NCBI GenBank assembly: GCA_028716965.1
Contig: JAQUOV010000001.1
Span: 70,448 to 134,447 of the forward strand
Length of the DNA: 64,000 nucleotides
Reading direction: 5' to 3'
Origin: Candidatus Omnitrophota bacterium
Lineage (GTDB): Bacteria > Omnitrophota > Gorgyraeia > Gygaellales > Profunditerraquicolaceae
Shown here: in pieces, positions 28,634-37,469 of the stretch
How positions within the stretch are numbered: position 1 is the stretch's first letter
Layout: each line of letters opens with the position of its first letter
Translations under genes and position numbers: made by a program
The notes under the pieces: model-generated
Database searches by the model: none
What the model was told of the DNA's origin: nothing
What the model saw: only the letters and a program-made list of their open reading frames with translations

Positions 28634-29597
28634 TTTTAAAGTATTTTTTGCAGAATCGCAAAGTAGCATCAATTTCTTCGTTAAAATTGGATAGCAGGGA
28701 AAAACCGGTTGCCTTAAGCTTGTCTGACCGATAATCAAGCTTCTGCATAACTTCATTCTTCTGTGCTTGTTGCCGCTTAATAGGAGGAATAAAACCTAAA
28801 ATCTCTTTACACCTCCCAGCAATAATCTCTGCTAATTCAAAAACAGAGGTTGATTTTGCTTCCCCCACATTAAATATCCCATTACTGCATTTGTCCATAG
28901 GAATAAACAATGTATATTCTATGGCTCTAATTATATCTGTCAAAGTAATAAAATTTCTACTTTGTAGGCCTGACGAATTTAGAATAAGCTTTTGCGTAGT
29001 CACTGCTTGCCTGCACAAATCGTTTACAATGAGTTTCCACCGGTTAATAAAAGGATCCGCCGGAACACCAAATCCATTTGCAGGCCTTAAGATAATTCCA
29101 GGTAGTTTTCTTTCAAAGCCCGCGGCAACAACAAAATCTTCGGCAGCCCGGTGCGTAACTGCATAGGCGTGGCGCGGGCAAGGAACAGTTTCTTCCGTAA
29201 TTGTCCCAGAAAGCGGCGCTCCGTAAACATGTATAGTTGATAAATAGATAATCCGTTTTACCCCGGCATTCTGGGCGGCTTCAATGAGATTAAGAGTGCC
29301 AAGGGTGTTTATCAAGAAAGCCTTTTGCGGATCAGCAAAACTATCAACCTCATTTAAAGAAGCAAGATGAATTACAAAATCAACCCCCTTGCAGGCTGAA
29401 TTTAAAGTTTTCTTAGATGAAACATCTATTTTTACCACATCAAGGCTATTATCTCTGACCCAGCGCGGATAGCTCCTATCATCAGTGCTATGCGCTCCTA
29501 ATCTTAAGGAATAATCCGGATTCTTAGAAAATGCAAGCGCGGCCCTTCCGCCTAAATAGCCTAATCCACCGGTAATTAAAATTATTTTTTTTGCCAT
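28623..29597 (-). CDS. NAD-dependent epimerase/dehydratase (extended SDR)
   Basis: KIILITGGLGYLGGRAAL Rossmann motif and a YAVTHRAAE (YxxxR/K) region. Confidence 0.75.
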   Translation of the reverse strand: MAKKIILITGGLGYLGGRAALAFSKNPDYSLRLGAHSTDDRSYPRWVRDNSLDVVKIDVSSKKTLNSACKGVDFVIHLASLNEVDSFADPQKAFLINTLGTLNLIEAAQNAGVKRIIYLSTIHVYGAPLSGTITEETVPCPRHAYAVTHRAAEDFVVAAGFERKLPGIILRPANGFGVPADPFINRWKLIVNDLCRQAVTTQKLILNSSGLQSRNFITLTDIIRAIEYTLFIPMDKCSNGIFNVGEAKSTSVFELAEIIAGRCKEILGFIPPIKRQQAQKNEVMQKLDYRSDKLKATGFSLLSNFNEEIDATLRFCKKYFKNGK

Positions 29598-29603
29598 CTA
29601 CCT

Positions 29604-31130
29604 TTAGATAAAAACCCTTTCGGTATATCTTTCTAATAAATCAGATTTCAACCTATCGTTTAGGACATAATGAAAAGGAGACTTGGTTATTCTTGGTATG
29701 CTCGATATATCCCCTACCAGTTCCCGTATCTTGGGATCAGAATTGTAAATCTCATATGCTTCAGGATCAAGGCCCCCGTAAGTATTAAATGTGATATTAA
29801 AAAACAGCTGGAGCCGATTGAGAAGCTCAATCTTCTTTTCATCAATCCACGGCCGGAATTTAAGGTCAAGGTCTCCATACATGTCAGTTTTACTCCATTC
29901 TTCAAATCGGTCCGGAAATACCAGGCCATACTTTGAAATCATTATATCCGTAAGCGGCGCTCCGGGATAAGGCATATATTGATAAATAGCCATTCTAGAG
30001 GCCGGATTTATATTTTTAAAATCTTTGCATAAATTAACTGTTGCGCGAATATCTTCATCAGTCTCAAAAGGAAATCCCAAAATAAATGTATGCACCGTGG
30101 CTATTCCCATATCATAAAGGCGCTTATTCAATAATTTCATCTTTTCATAACTGGCTCTTTTATTTAATATAGCCTGAATTTTAGGGGAGCCAGTTTCCGG
30201 AGAATAAGCAACATAATCACAGAATCCGGGCAACTCTTTTATTACCCTGTCATGATAAGTATTAAAGTTGCTGCGGATTGCCGATATTTTGTAGCCTTTA
30301 CTCTTAAAAATACGTATAATCTCTACCGCCCTATCCACATCAAGTATGAAATTTTCATCAGACATCTCAAAAACGTCAAAACCGAAATTACGATTCAAAT
30401 AATCAGCTTCCTCCACAACCCGCTCAACATTAAAAGGCCTCCATGGCTTGGCTACACCAATATCGATTCCCCCTTTATAACAGTAAGTACAATTAAACGG
30501 ACAACCGCGTGAAGTAGTAAGTGTAGCAAGAATGGGATATTGCGCAGGATTTAAGTGTTCTGCAAAATGATGCCAAGCCGGCATAGGCAAGACGTTTAGC
30601 GAATCAAGCTGTGCATGCGCGGGCGTCTTTACAATCTTGTCGTTATTTTTAAAATACAGACCGTGGACACTATCCAGCGGCTTATTCCCGGCAATCGCTT
30701 TAGCTAATTCTACCACCGTATAGTCAGCCTCCCCGTAAACAATAATATCCACAAGCGGATGCAGTATCGTTTTTTCCGGGAAAATTGTAGGATGCACTCC
30801 GCCCCATACCAAAGGTACATCCTTATCGTATTTGGAGCGCAACCTATTAGCGATATCAAGGCCGTCCATAATCTGTGACCCGGTCATCGTCGAAATGCCT
30901 ATAAAAAGTATTTCGTCCAGGTCAGATATTTTTTTAAGCAATTCGTCGGTCGTATTTAACCTATGGTCGAGCAGGAGCACAGGAAAACCCGCAGATTCAA
31001 GCGTGGCAGCTAAGACCATAATTGAAAGTGCCGGATAAAGCCTTTTTACTTGATGAGTATCACGCCTGCGTTCTTTAGCATAACCCTGCGTCGGCCGCGG
31101 GTATATCAGTACGATATGTTTATTTTTCAT
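29604..31130 (-). CDS. B12-binding radical SAM enzyme (class B)
   Basis: N-terminal cobalamin-binding-like domain (HIVLIYPRP...) and a radical SAM cluster TSRGCPFNCTYCYKG. Confidence 0.8.
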   Translation of the reverse strand: MKNKHIVLIYPRPTQGYAKERRRDTHQVKRLYPALSIMVLAATLESAGFPVLLLDHRLNTTDELLKKISDLDEILFIGISTMTGSQIMDGLDIANRLRSKYDKDVPLVWGGVHPTIFPEKTILHPLVDIIVYGEADYTVVELAKAIAGNKPLDSVHGLYFKNNDKIVKTPAHAQLDSLNVLPMPAWHHFAEHLNPAQYPILATLTTSRGCPFNCTYCYKGGIDIGVAKPWRPFNVERVVEEADYLNRNFGFDVFEMSDENFILDVDRAVEIIRIFKSKGYKISAIRSNFNTYHDRVIKELPGFCDYVAYSPETGSPKIQAILNKRASYEKMKLLNKRLYDMGIATVHTFILGFPFETDEDIRATVNLCKDFKNINPASRMAIYQYMPYPGAPLTDIMISKYGLVFPDRFEEWSKTDMYGDLDLKFRPWIDEKKIELLNRLQLFFNITFNTYGGLDPEAYEIYNSDPKIRELVGDISSIPRITKSPFHYVLNDRLKSDLLERYTERVFI

Positions 31131-31927
31131 GCCTTACGCTTCCATGGTAAGAATTCTTTTTCGATATCTGCGCCTTCTTTACGCAAAGACTTAATATATC
31201 CTTCATTCCTGCCGATACCCTGGTTTATAGCCGCTATTTCCGGATGGGCTTTTAAAAAATCAAGGATATCCTGCATATAAAAAACTTTATCCACGCTTTT
31301 GTATAAACCCTTATATATCTCACTGACAAATAAAAAATCTTTTTCTTCATCAACGGTCCAGCGCATATGCGAAAGATCCTCATCGCAAGCGACATTTAAC
31401 TGCCGGAATATCCGGTTATTCTTCCAGATATACGAGGTTACATATTCCCGCTCCGTTTGTTTCTTGGCCTCTTTCCAAGCCTTCTCCAGCGCCGCAAATG
31501 AAAAAATCTCCGCATCTAAACCGTCGGGATATGTGGGAGGAATACAAATAGTGCCATAATCAACGTTCCCTTTATTTTTAAGATAACAATTAATCAATTT
31601 ATCGATTACCTTAGGATCTATTAATGGGCAGTCAGCGGTAATTCTGATAATCGGATCCGCGCAAAATTTACTTGCGGCCTGATAATATCTGTCCAGCACA
31701 TCATCTTCACTGCCGGCAAAGAACTCAACACCGCACTCTTGGGCAACACCAAGAATCGGCCGGTCTATTTCTTTTATGCTGGTTGCCACAATAATTTTTT
31801 CAATTAAATGCGATTTTTTTAACCGGTTTATTAAATGCCATAACATCGGCTTACCCAGGATTTCCCGCAAAACCTTCCCGGGAAGCCGGGTTGAAGACAT
31901 TCTTGCCTGAACGATTGCTGCAATCAT
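31127..31927 (-). CDS. Cytidylyltransferase, SpsF/NeuA-like (CMP-nonulosonate/ulosonate synthetase family)
   Basis: MIAAIVQARMSSTRLPGKVLREILGKPMLWHLINR is the canonical N-terminal nucleotide-binding motif of the CTP-transferase family 3 (SpsF/KdsB/NeuA). Confidence 0.75.
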   Translation of the reverse strand: MIAAIVQARMSSTRLPGKVLREILGKPMLWHLINRLKKSHLIEKIIVATSIKEIDRPILGVAQECGVEFFAGSEDDVLDRYYQAASKFCADPIIRITADCPLIDPKVIDKLINCYLKNKGNVDYGTICIPPTYPDGLDAEIFSFAALEKAWKEAKKQTEREYVTSYIWKNNRIFRQLNVACDEDLSHMRWTVDEEKDFLFVSEIYKGLYKSVDKVFYMQDILDFLKAHPEIAAINQGIGRNEGYIKSLRKEGADIEKEFLPWKRKA

Positions 31928-31940
31928 TTTTACCCCTCTA

Positions 31941-32954
31941 TCAAATTACCATATCCAGCCTAATAATTTCATCAGGGATAATATCTCTTTTTGCCTTTCT
32001 ACCAATAATAAAATCTGTATATCCCGGATTAAGTCCAATACCCGGCCTTTTAAAACTAAGCATATCTTTAGTAATACAGCTGTTCTTAGGGATTCTTTTG
32101 CCGGCGACAATACTGCGCCGGGCGAATTTTAACGTATTTTGTTCAGTTGCTAGGGGCTCCTTAACAGTTGAGCCGAGGATTATTTCGATATGGCGCAGAT
32201 GATCTATCATGGTTTTTAATTCATCAGGCTCCAAAGAAACCGAATAATCAGGGCCCAATTTCGCACGGTCCAATGTAAAATGTTTTTCAATAACTTTAGC
32301 CCCCAACACACCAGCTATCAGCGGCGCAAGATAACCTTCTGTGTGGTCGCAAAATCCGATAATTTCATCAAAGGCAGACTGCAATGTGGCGATTACACGC
32401 AGATTGATCTCTTTTAATGGGGTAGGATAATTTGTATTGGTATGGTAAAGCACGATCTTATCGTTTCCTTCATCTCTTACTGCGTTCCTTGCTATTTCAA
32501 TTTCACCTAAAAACGCTGCCCCGGTAGAGATAAATAACGGCAGTCCGGTTTTTGCGCAATATTTAATAAACGGAGTATTAGTTATATCGCCTGAAACTAT
32601 CTTTATAAAATCAATACCAAAATCAACCATCTCATCAACGCTTTCTTCATCAATAACGCATATTCCGCAGAGAAGTTTCTTGCTTTTAGCAAAAGAAATC
32701 AACTCTTTAATTTCTTCTTTTTTTAAGACCCATTTTTTCCATTCCAGTTTTTTCGGCCCGGGCTGCTTAATATTAAGCTCACTATCAATGATATGCTGAA
32801 ACGAAATTGCATCGGCTCCTGTATGTGCAGCAGTTTCAACCATCTGTTTTGCTATTTCAAAATTTCCCGAGTGATTGACCCCTGCTTCGGCAATAATAAA
32901 AATGCTCCCTTGCTTACCGATAAACTTATTGCCAATCCTGATTTCTTTAGCCAT
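31941..32954 (-). CDS. NeuB-family nonulosonic acid synthase (sialic/legionaminic/pseudaminic-acid-synthase-like) with C-terminal SAF domain
   Basis: FIIAEAGVNHSGNFEIAKQMVETAAHTGADAISFQ (NeuB TIM-barrel N-terminus) and a C-terminal SAF-like segment. Confidence 0.85.
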   Translation of the reverse strand: MAKEIRIGNKFIGKQGSIFIIAEAGVNHSGNFEIAKQMVETAAHTGADAISFQHIIDSELNIKQPGPKKLEWKKWVLKKEEIKELISFAKSKKLLCGICVIDEESVDEMVDFGIDFIKIVSGDITNTPFIKYCAKTGLPLFISTGAAFLGEIEIARNAVRDEGNDKIVLYHTNTNYPTPLKEINLRVIATLQSAFDEIIGFCDHTEGYLAPLIAGVLGAKVIEKHFTLDRAKLGPDYSVSLEPDELKTMIDHLRHIEIILGSTVKEPLATEQNTLKFARRSIVAGKRIPKNSCITKDMLSFKRPGIGLNPGYTDFIIGRKAKRDIIPDEIIRLDMVI

Positions 32955-32972
32955 GTTTACCTCTTACGAAGT

Positions 32973-33584
32973 TTAAAACTTATTAAAATGCACTACTTTG
33001 ACAAGATCTCTTTTAGGCACATGTAGTATTCCTTTGGCATCCTTCCAGTACTTACAATCATTCCTTAATCTCTCTACTTTGGGGCTTTCAGCGGGATAGC
33101 CCAAGGCTAAGATTGAATCAATTATGAATCTCTTTGGTATATTCAAAATCATACCTAAAGCCACCCTATTAATTGAACCTATCCAGCAGGAACCCATGCC
33201 TTCTTCCGAAGCCGCCAAAATCATATTCTCCATTGCCGCTCCGACATCCCACTGGTAATTTTGTTTACTAATCTTAGTATTAACTAAAACCAGAATGTAG
33301 GCTACCGGTTGCTCCTCCTCTTTAGGCGTGCCATTTGGCGAAATATAACCTGCCCAAGCCAAAGCATTAAAAACACCCTTAAGCGTTTTTTTGTCATTAA
33401 TAACCATAAATTCCAAAGGCTGCAAGTTCGCACCTGAAGGAGCCAAACGCGCGGTATTTACCAATTTTTTCAGAATTCTTAATGGCACCCCATCCTGTTT
33501 AAATCTCCTTATGGAACGCCTGCTCAAAATGAGCTTATAAACTTGATTTTTCAACTTCGGCATAACGTTAATATGTGATTTCAT
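32973..33584 (-). CDS. Nitroreductase-family flavoprotein
   Basis: LILSRRSIRRFKQDGVPLRILKKLVNTARLAPSGANLQPLEF is the classic nitroreductase N-terminal FMN-binding motif (RRSxRxF...APSxxNxQP). Confidence 0.7.
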   Translation of the reverse strand: MKSHINVMPKLKNQVYKLILSRRSIRRFKQDGVPLRILKKLVNTARLAPSGANLQPLEFMVINDKKTLKGVFNALAWAGYISPNGTPKEEEQPVAYILVLVNTKISKQNYQWDVGAAMENMILAASEEGMGSCWIGSINRVALGMILNIPKRFIIDSILALGYPAESPKVERLRNDCKYWKDAKGILHVPKRDLVKVVHFNKF

Positions 33585-34501
33585 AATTTACGGTACCAGT
33601 TCAATGGATTCAGCCAATATTCATCGTTAACTCTTAAAGTTAAAAGTTTCCTCAAAGCAATGTCAGAGAGTTTACATTTTTTCTCTTCCTTAATCGCAAA
33701 CATAAGCTCATCCATTGTGCGTATCCCGACTAACACGGTGCTAACGCCTTTAATTGACAAACAAAATCTCAAAGCTAACCCAGTCAAATCCTCCCAACTA
33801 TCAATATTCATCGTGCTTTTTATCTTCTTAGCAGCGTTTTTCAAGAAGCTCCAATCATTATCCAAATAAGTTATTTTCTTTGTCAGCATTCCCCTAAAAT
33901 AAGCCGAACGACTTATAACCCCTGTATCATTTTTAACGGCAGCTGGCAATACTTTATCCAATATCCTCTGATCCATAATATTAAACGCAATCTGCAAACA
34001 ATCAAAAAAGCCTTTTTCCAATACGGCTAAACCATCAGCGGGCTCATAAACCGAAGCTCCGAAAAACCTGATTAATCCCTGCTTGCGCAGGTTTTTTAAG
34101 TTTTCCAATATTTCAGGTTGCCTAATTATACCGCCTGTTGCATTATGAATCTGTACAATATCAATGCATTCTCTTTTTAATCTTCTTAAGCTTTTGCCGA
34201 TAGACGCCTTAATTGATAAGGCGTCGCTTCTTTTATCAATATTTATTTTGGTTGCGATATAACAAGGTTCTAGCCCAATAGTATCCCCAAGTAATTTTTC
34301 GCTTTCTCCATAACCGGGCGCAGTATCAAAGAAATTAATTCCATTATCTAAAGCTTTATGGAGCATCTTCTTAACGGCCTGTTTCCCCGGCTTTCCATAT
34401 TCGCCGGGAGCCTTGATACCGTAATCAATACCCAGCTCTGTTGAACCAAAACCGACAACCGATACCTTTAACCCAGTTTTACCTAATATTCTATATCTCA
34501 T
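33581..34501 (-). CDS. Aldo/keto reductase
   Basis: MRYRILGKTGLKVSVVGFGSTELG, then INFFDTAPGYGESEKLLG (catalytic D/Y region). Confidence 0.8.
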   Translation of the reverse strand: MRYRILGKTGLKVSVVGFGSTELGIDYGIKAPGEYGKPGKQAVKKMLHKALDNGINFFDTAPGYGESEKLLGDTIGLEPCYIATKINIDKRSDALSIKASIGKSLRRLKRECIDIVQIHNATGGIIRQPEILENLKNLRKQGLIRFFGASVYEPADGLAVLEKGFFDCLQIAFNIMDQRILDKVLPAAVKNDTGVISRSAYFRGMLTKKITYLDNDWSFLKNAAKKIKSTMNIDSWEDLTGLALRFCLSIKGVSTVLVGIRTMDELMFAIKEEKKCKLSDIALRKLLTLRVNDEYWLNPLNWYRKL

Positions 34502-34593
34502 ACACTTACCACTAAAATCATTGATATTTTATTGCCGTAATACACAATTGTAACAAGGTTTATAACCTTAAGCAATCATATGCGATAAAACAA

Positions 34594-36426
34594 TCAATTG
34601 CCTAAAAAAGGCTCAAGCGTTTCTTCAGAAACCGGTGTAAAATATAAGTCACGTATACGCAGTGATTCGGCTTTAAAACGCGAGCGTTCGGACAAAGACA
34701 GCGAATAGTAATATGTTAACGCCAAAGCAAGCTCTGAAGATGAATAACATACACGGGCAATCCCATCGGGTATAGCAACTAGCGGATTGTGGCTAAAACA
34801 ATTCTGCCTGGCCACAAAAATCACAGGCCTATTGCAAGCTAAGGCCTCAACAAGCGAGCTGGAATGTGTCCCAACCACAACCAATGCCCGGGAAAACTCC
34901 TCTTTAAGGGTCTTATCGCATAACTGCCCGGGCCATTCACCAATTTTTAAACTAAGGGAGCCCATATCCAAAAAAGGATGGCTCTTGATCCGAATCGCTA
35001 TATCCTGCACAAGTAACTTTTTCGCTTCTCGAACAAGGCTTAAGAGTTCAAGCGCCTCATCGTGGATATACGGGAGTAATACCAAAATATTCTTTTTAAT
35101 AACATCTTGATCAATATCAGGAAGATTATCAAACACATGGGCACTGCGTAGAGCAGCGCAAGGCAAGCATCTAAACCCATCGCTAAATGCCTTTGCCATT
35201 TCGCATTGTAATTTGCTGACACACAAAACTGTGTCCGGTACAACCCTGAATCTGACTTCTGTTTTAGTGGGAAAATGATTTAAGAAATTCAGCGAATGCA
35301 TAAACATCTGAACACCAATAAGTTTGGCTTTAGGGAATGCTTCCCGCGCTCCAAAAATAAAAGCCCGGTCAATTACCTGATTTTCGTACCAATCTAGAAT
35401 AATCTCCGGCGAAGGTTGATTTTGCTTAAACCTCATAAAAAAACGATAAATAAGCACTGCATACATAGGACCGGAAAAAAGCGCAAATCTTCGTTCCTCT
35501 TTTATTAATGGAGTAATATCTATCCCTAAAAAAGGCATAGTTTTAATACCCCTGCCAAAGAATCTTAACGGATAAAGAATAATACTGGCATAATCCCTAA
35601 AGCGCAAATAATCCTCAGGCAAGACAAACTGATAGTTGCTTTTACGCATCTGCTTATAAAGCGAATAAAAATTCATCTGGGCAATATCCAAAACAGGGTG
35701 AATCATAATACTATAACTTTTGGACTCTAAAAACTGGTACAAACCCGGATAATAAGGATCATAAAATGAATTACTATCTTGGAATGAATTGGCATGGATG
35801 AATGTATCGATAAGTATGCGTGGATGCCCTAAAATGGTTTTTTTCTGCTGTCCGTGCGCCCTAGTGAATGAAGCTGCCATAAGGCGGGATAGTAATTGAC
35901 AGATAAAAAAACAATAATTATGTAAGCTACTTAAGCTTCTTTTTATTGTCTTACCTATAAAGAAATGCCTGTAAAGAATTACTTTAACTCTTTCTTGCCT
36001 TAACCAAGCTGCCAAAACATTCGCCAATCCTTCAGAATCAACAAAAATTATAGTAGGCAACTCTAAAGAATTTTGACTAAAAATTCCCCTAATTATCTCA
36101 ACATAACAACAATTTTGAAAGAGATCGCTTTCGTATACATTTCTGCAAGAAACAGATTCAAACCACCATTCTTTATTGGTGCCCCGTAAATCGTTTAATT
36201 CATCCAGCCAATCAATGAACGGTTTACGAATTCGTTCAGCAACAATATTATGCAGTTTACCGACTATTATTTGCCTAAAATGGCTCGGCAGTTTATTTTC
36301 AAGGGGATTAACGGCTGAAAAATCTTTACCAAGATAAAGCCAGTTTATTGATTGACCGCGGTTCTTAAATCTTTTTACCGCGTAAGCATAATAACTAACT
36401 GGCAAGATTAATACTGAAGCGCTCAT
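34594..36426 (-). CDS. Large (610 aa) uncharacterized protein, possible GT-B-like transferase
   Basis: No canonical motif. The C-terminal VVVGTHSSSLVEALACNRPVIFV loosely resembles the donor-binding region of GT-B / glycerophosphotransferase folds. Confidence 0.3.
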   Translation of the reverse strand: MSASVLILPVSYYAYAVKRFKNRGQSINWLYLGKDFSAVNPLENKLPSHFRQIIVGKLHNIVAERIRKPFIDWLDELNDLRGTNKEWWFESVSCRNVYESDLFQNCCYVEIIRGIFSQNSLELPTIIFVDSEGLANVLAAWLRQERVKVILYRHFFIGKTIKRSLSSLHNYCFFICQLLSRLMAASFTRAHGQQKKTILGHPRILIDTFIHANSFQDSNSFYDPYYPGLYQFLESKSYSIMIHPVLDIAQMNFYSLYKQMRKSNYQFVLPEDYLRFRDYASIILYPLRFFGRGIKTMPFLGIDITPLIKEERRFALFSGPMYAVLIYRFFMRFKQNQPSPEIILDWYENQVIDRAFIFGAREAFPKAKLIGVQMFMHSLNFLNHFPTKTEVRFRVVPDTVLCVSKLQCEMAKAFSDGFRCLPCAALRSAHVFDNLPDIDQDVIKKNILVLLPYIHDEALELLSLVREAKKLLVQDIAIRIKSHPFLDMGSLSLKIGEWPGQLCDKTLKEEFSRALVVVGTHSSSLVEALACNRPVIFVARQNCFSHNPLVAIPDGIARVCYSSSELALALTYYYSLSLSERSRFKAESLRIRDLYFTPVSEETLEPFLGN

Positions 36427-37469
36427 AAAAACATGTTCTTTCTATTTAACCCATCTACAAAAAAACTTTTGATCAAATGGCGATTTTTAATTTTCAGCCT
36501 CTTCCTGTTCCGCAGAGGCCACGGTGTAAGATCCTTATAGAAACTATGGCATTTCTTGCATAATACAGGAGGAGACAACCGCTTCATCGAGCTGCGGATA
36601 GCCTCTGCGCGCTCCGATGCCCATATCTGACTAATACTTCCGTCTGACATTATATTACCGATCTTAAGCTCAAGATTCATATCTATACAACAGAGTGTTG
36701 CATCGCCAGTAGCGCTCACTGCCAGCATCTCAAAAGGTATTGAGCAAGGTTTCGGGATTTTAAGAATATAGTCCTTTGCCGCATGCAATACATTCTCTGC
36801 TGGAACCTGGCCTGCCCAGTCAATGCTGTCCACCGTCACCAGGCTGGTATTCTTAAATTTCTCAACAAATTGAAAACTTTCATAAAATTTATCAGTTGAA
36901 TCCTGATTTACCATGTTCTTTATAATGCCCACATGAACCGCTACATCAAATTTCTTCAGCCTATCCCTCTCCTCTAAAAGGAACCTAATATTATCCTTTA
37001 CTGTGGTAAATGACCCGCCGGTGCGTATTTTGGCGTAACTGTCATTAGAAAAACCATCAGGCCAGATACCTATAGAGTCAAAACCGGGAAGTAACAATTT
37101 AGCCACCACCTCCTTTTTTTCCAAAGAGACAGTAGTTGATATCCCGAAGTGAGTATTGGGAAGCTTTTGCCGAGCCCATGAAACAAAAACATCAAAATCA
37201 TTTCTCATGGTTATCTCGCCGAACATATGAAATCCTAAAAGCTTCAAATCCGGATAATCACGAGTTATGTCAACAATCACTTTCTCAAAGACTTCTTTCG
37301 GCATGTTCCCTCTTTTATTATTGGAATAAGTGCGGGGACAAAGCGGGCAACGTAAATTACATGCCCCTGTAATTTCAACAAAAACCTTTTGAGGGGGTGT
37401 AGTCTTCGGATTAAATGAATAATACTGTTGTAAACGTTTTAGTTTTGCAATCATCTGACTACTCGACAA
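36423..37469 (-). CDS. Radical SAM enzyme with C-terminal SPASM/twitch-like Cys-rich domain
   Basis: VEITGACNLRCPLCPR (CxxxCxxC) and a C-terminal CCIDMN...GNIMSDGSISQIWAS...CKKCHSF. Confidence 0.75.
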   Translation of the reverse strand: MSSSQMIAKLKRLQQYYSFNPKTTPPQKVFVEITGACNLRCPLCPRTYSNNKRGNMPKEVFEKVIVDITRDYPDLKLLGFHMFGEITMRNDFDVFVSWARQKLPNTHFGISTTVSLEKKEVVAKLLLPGFDSIGIWPDGFSNDSYAKIRTGGSFTTVKDNIRFLLEERDRLKKFDVAVHVGIIKNMVNQDSTDKFYESFQFVEKFKNTSLVTVDSIDWAGQVPAENVLHAAKDYILKIPKPCSIPFEMLAVSATGDATLCCIDMNLELKIGNIMSDGSISQIWASERAEAIRSSMKRLSPPVLCKKCHSFYKDLTPWPLRNRKRLKIKNRHLIKSFFVDGLNRKNMFL

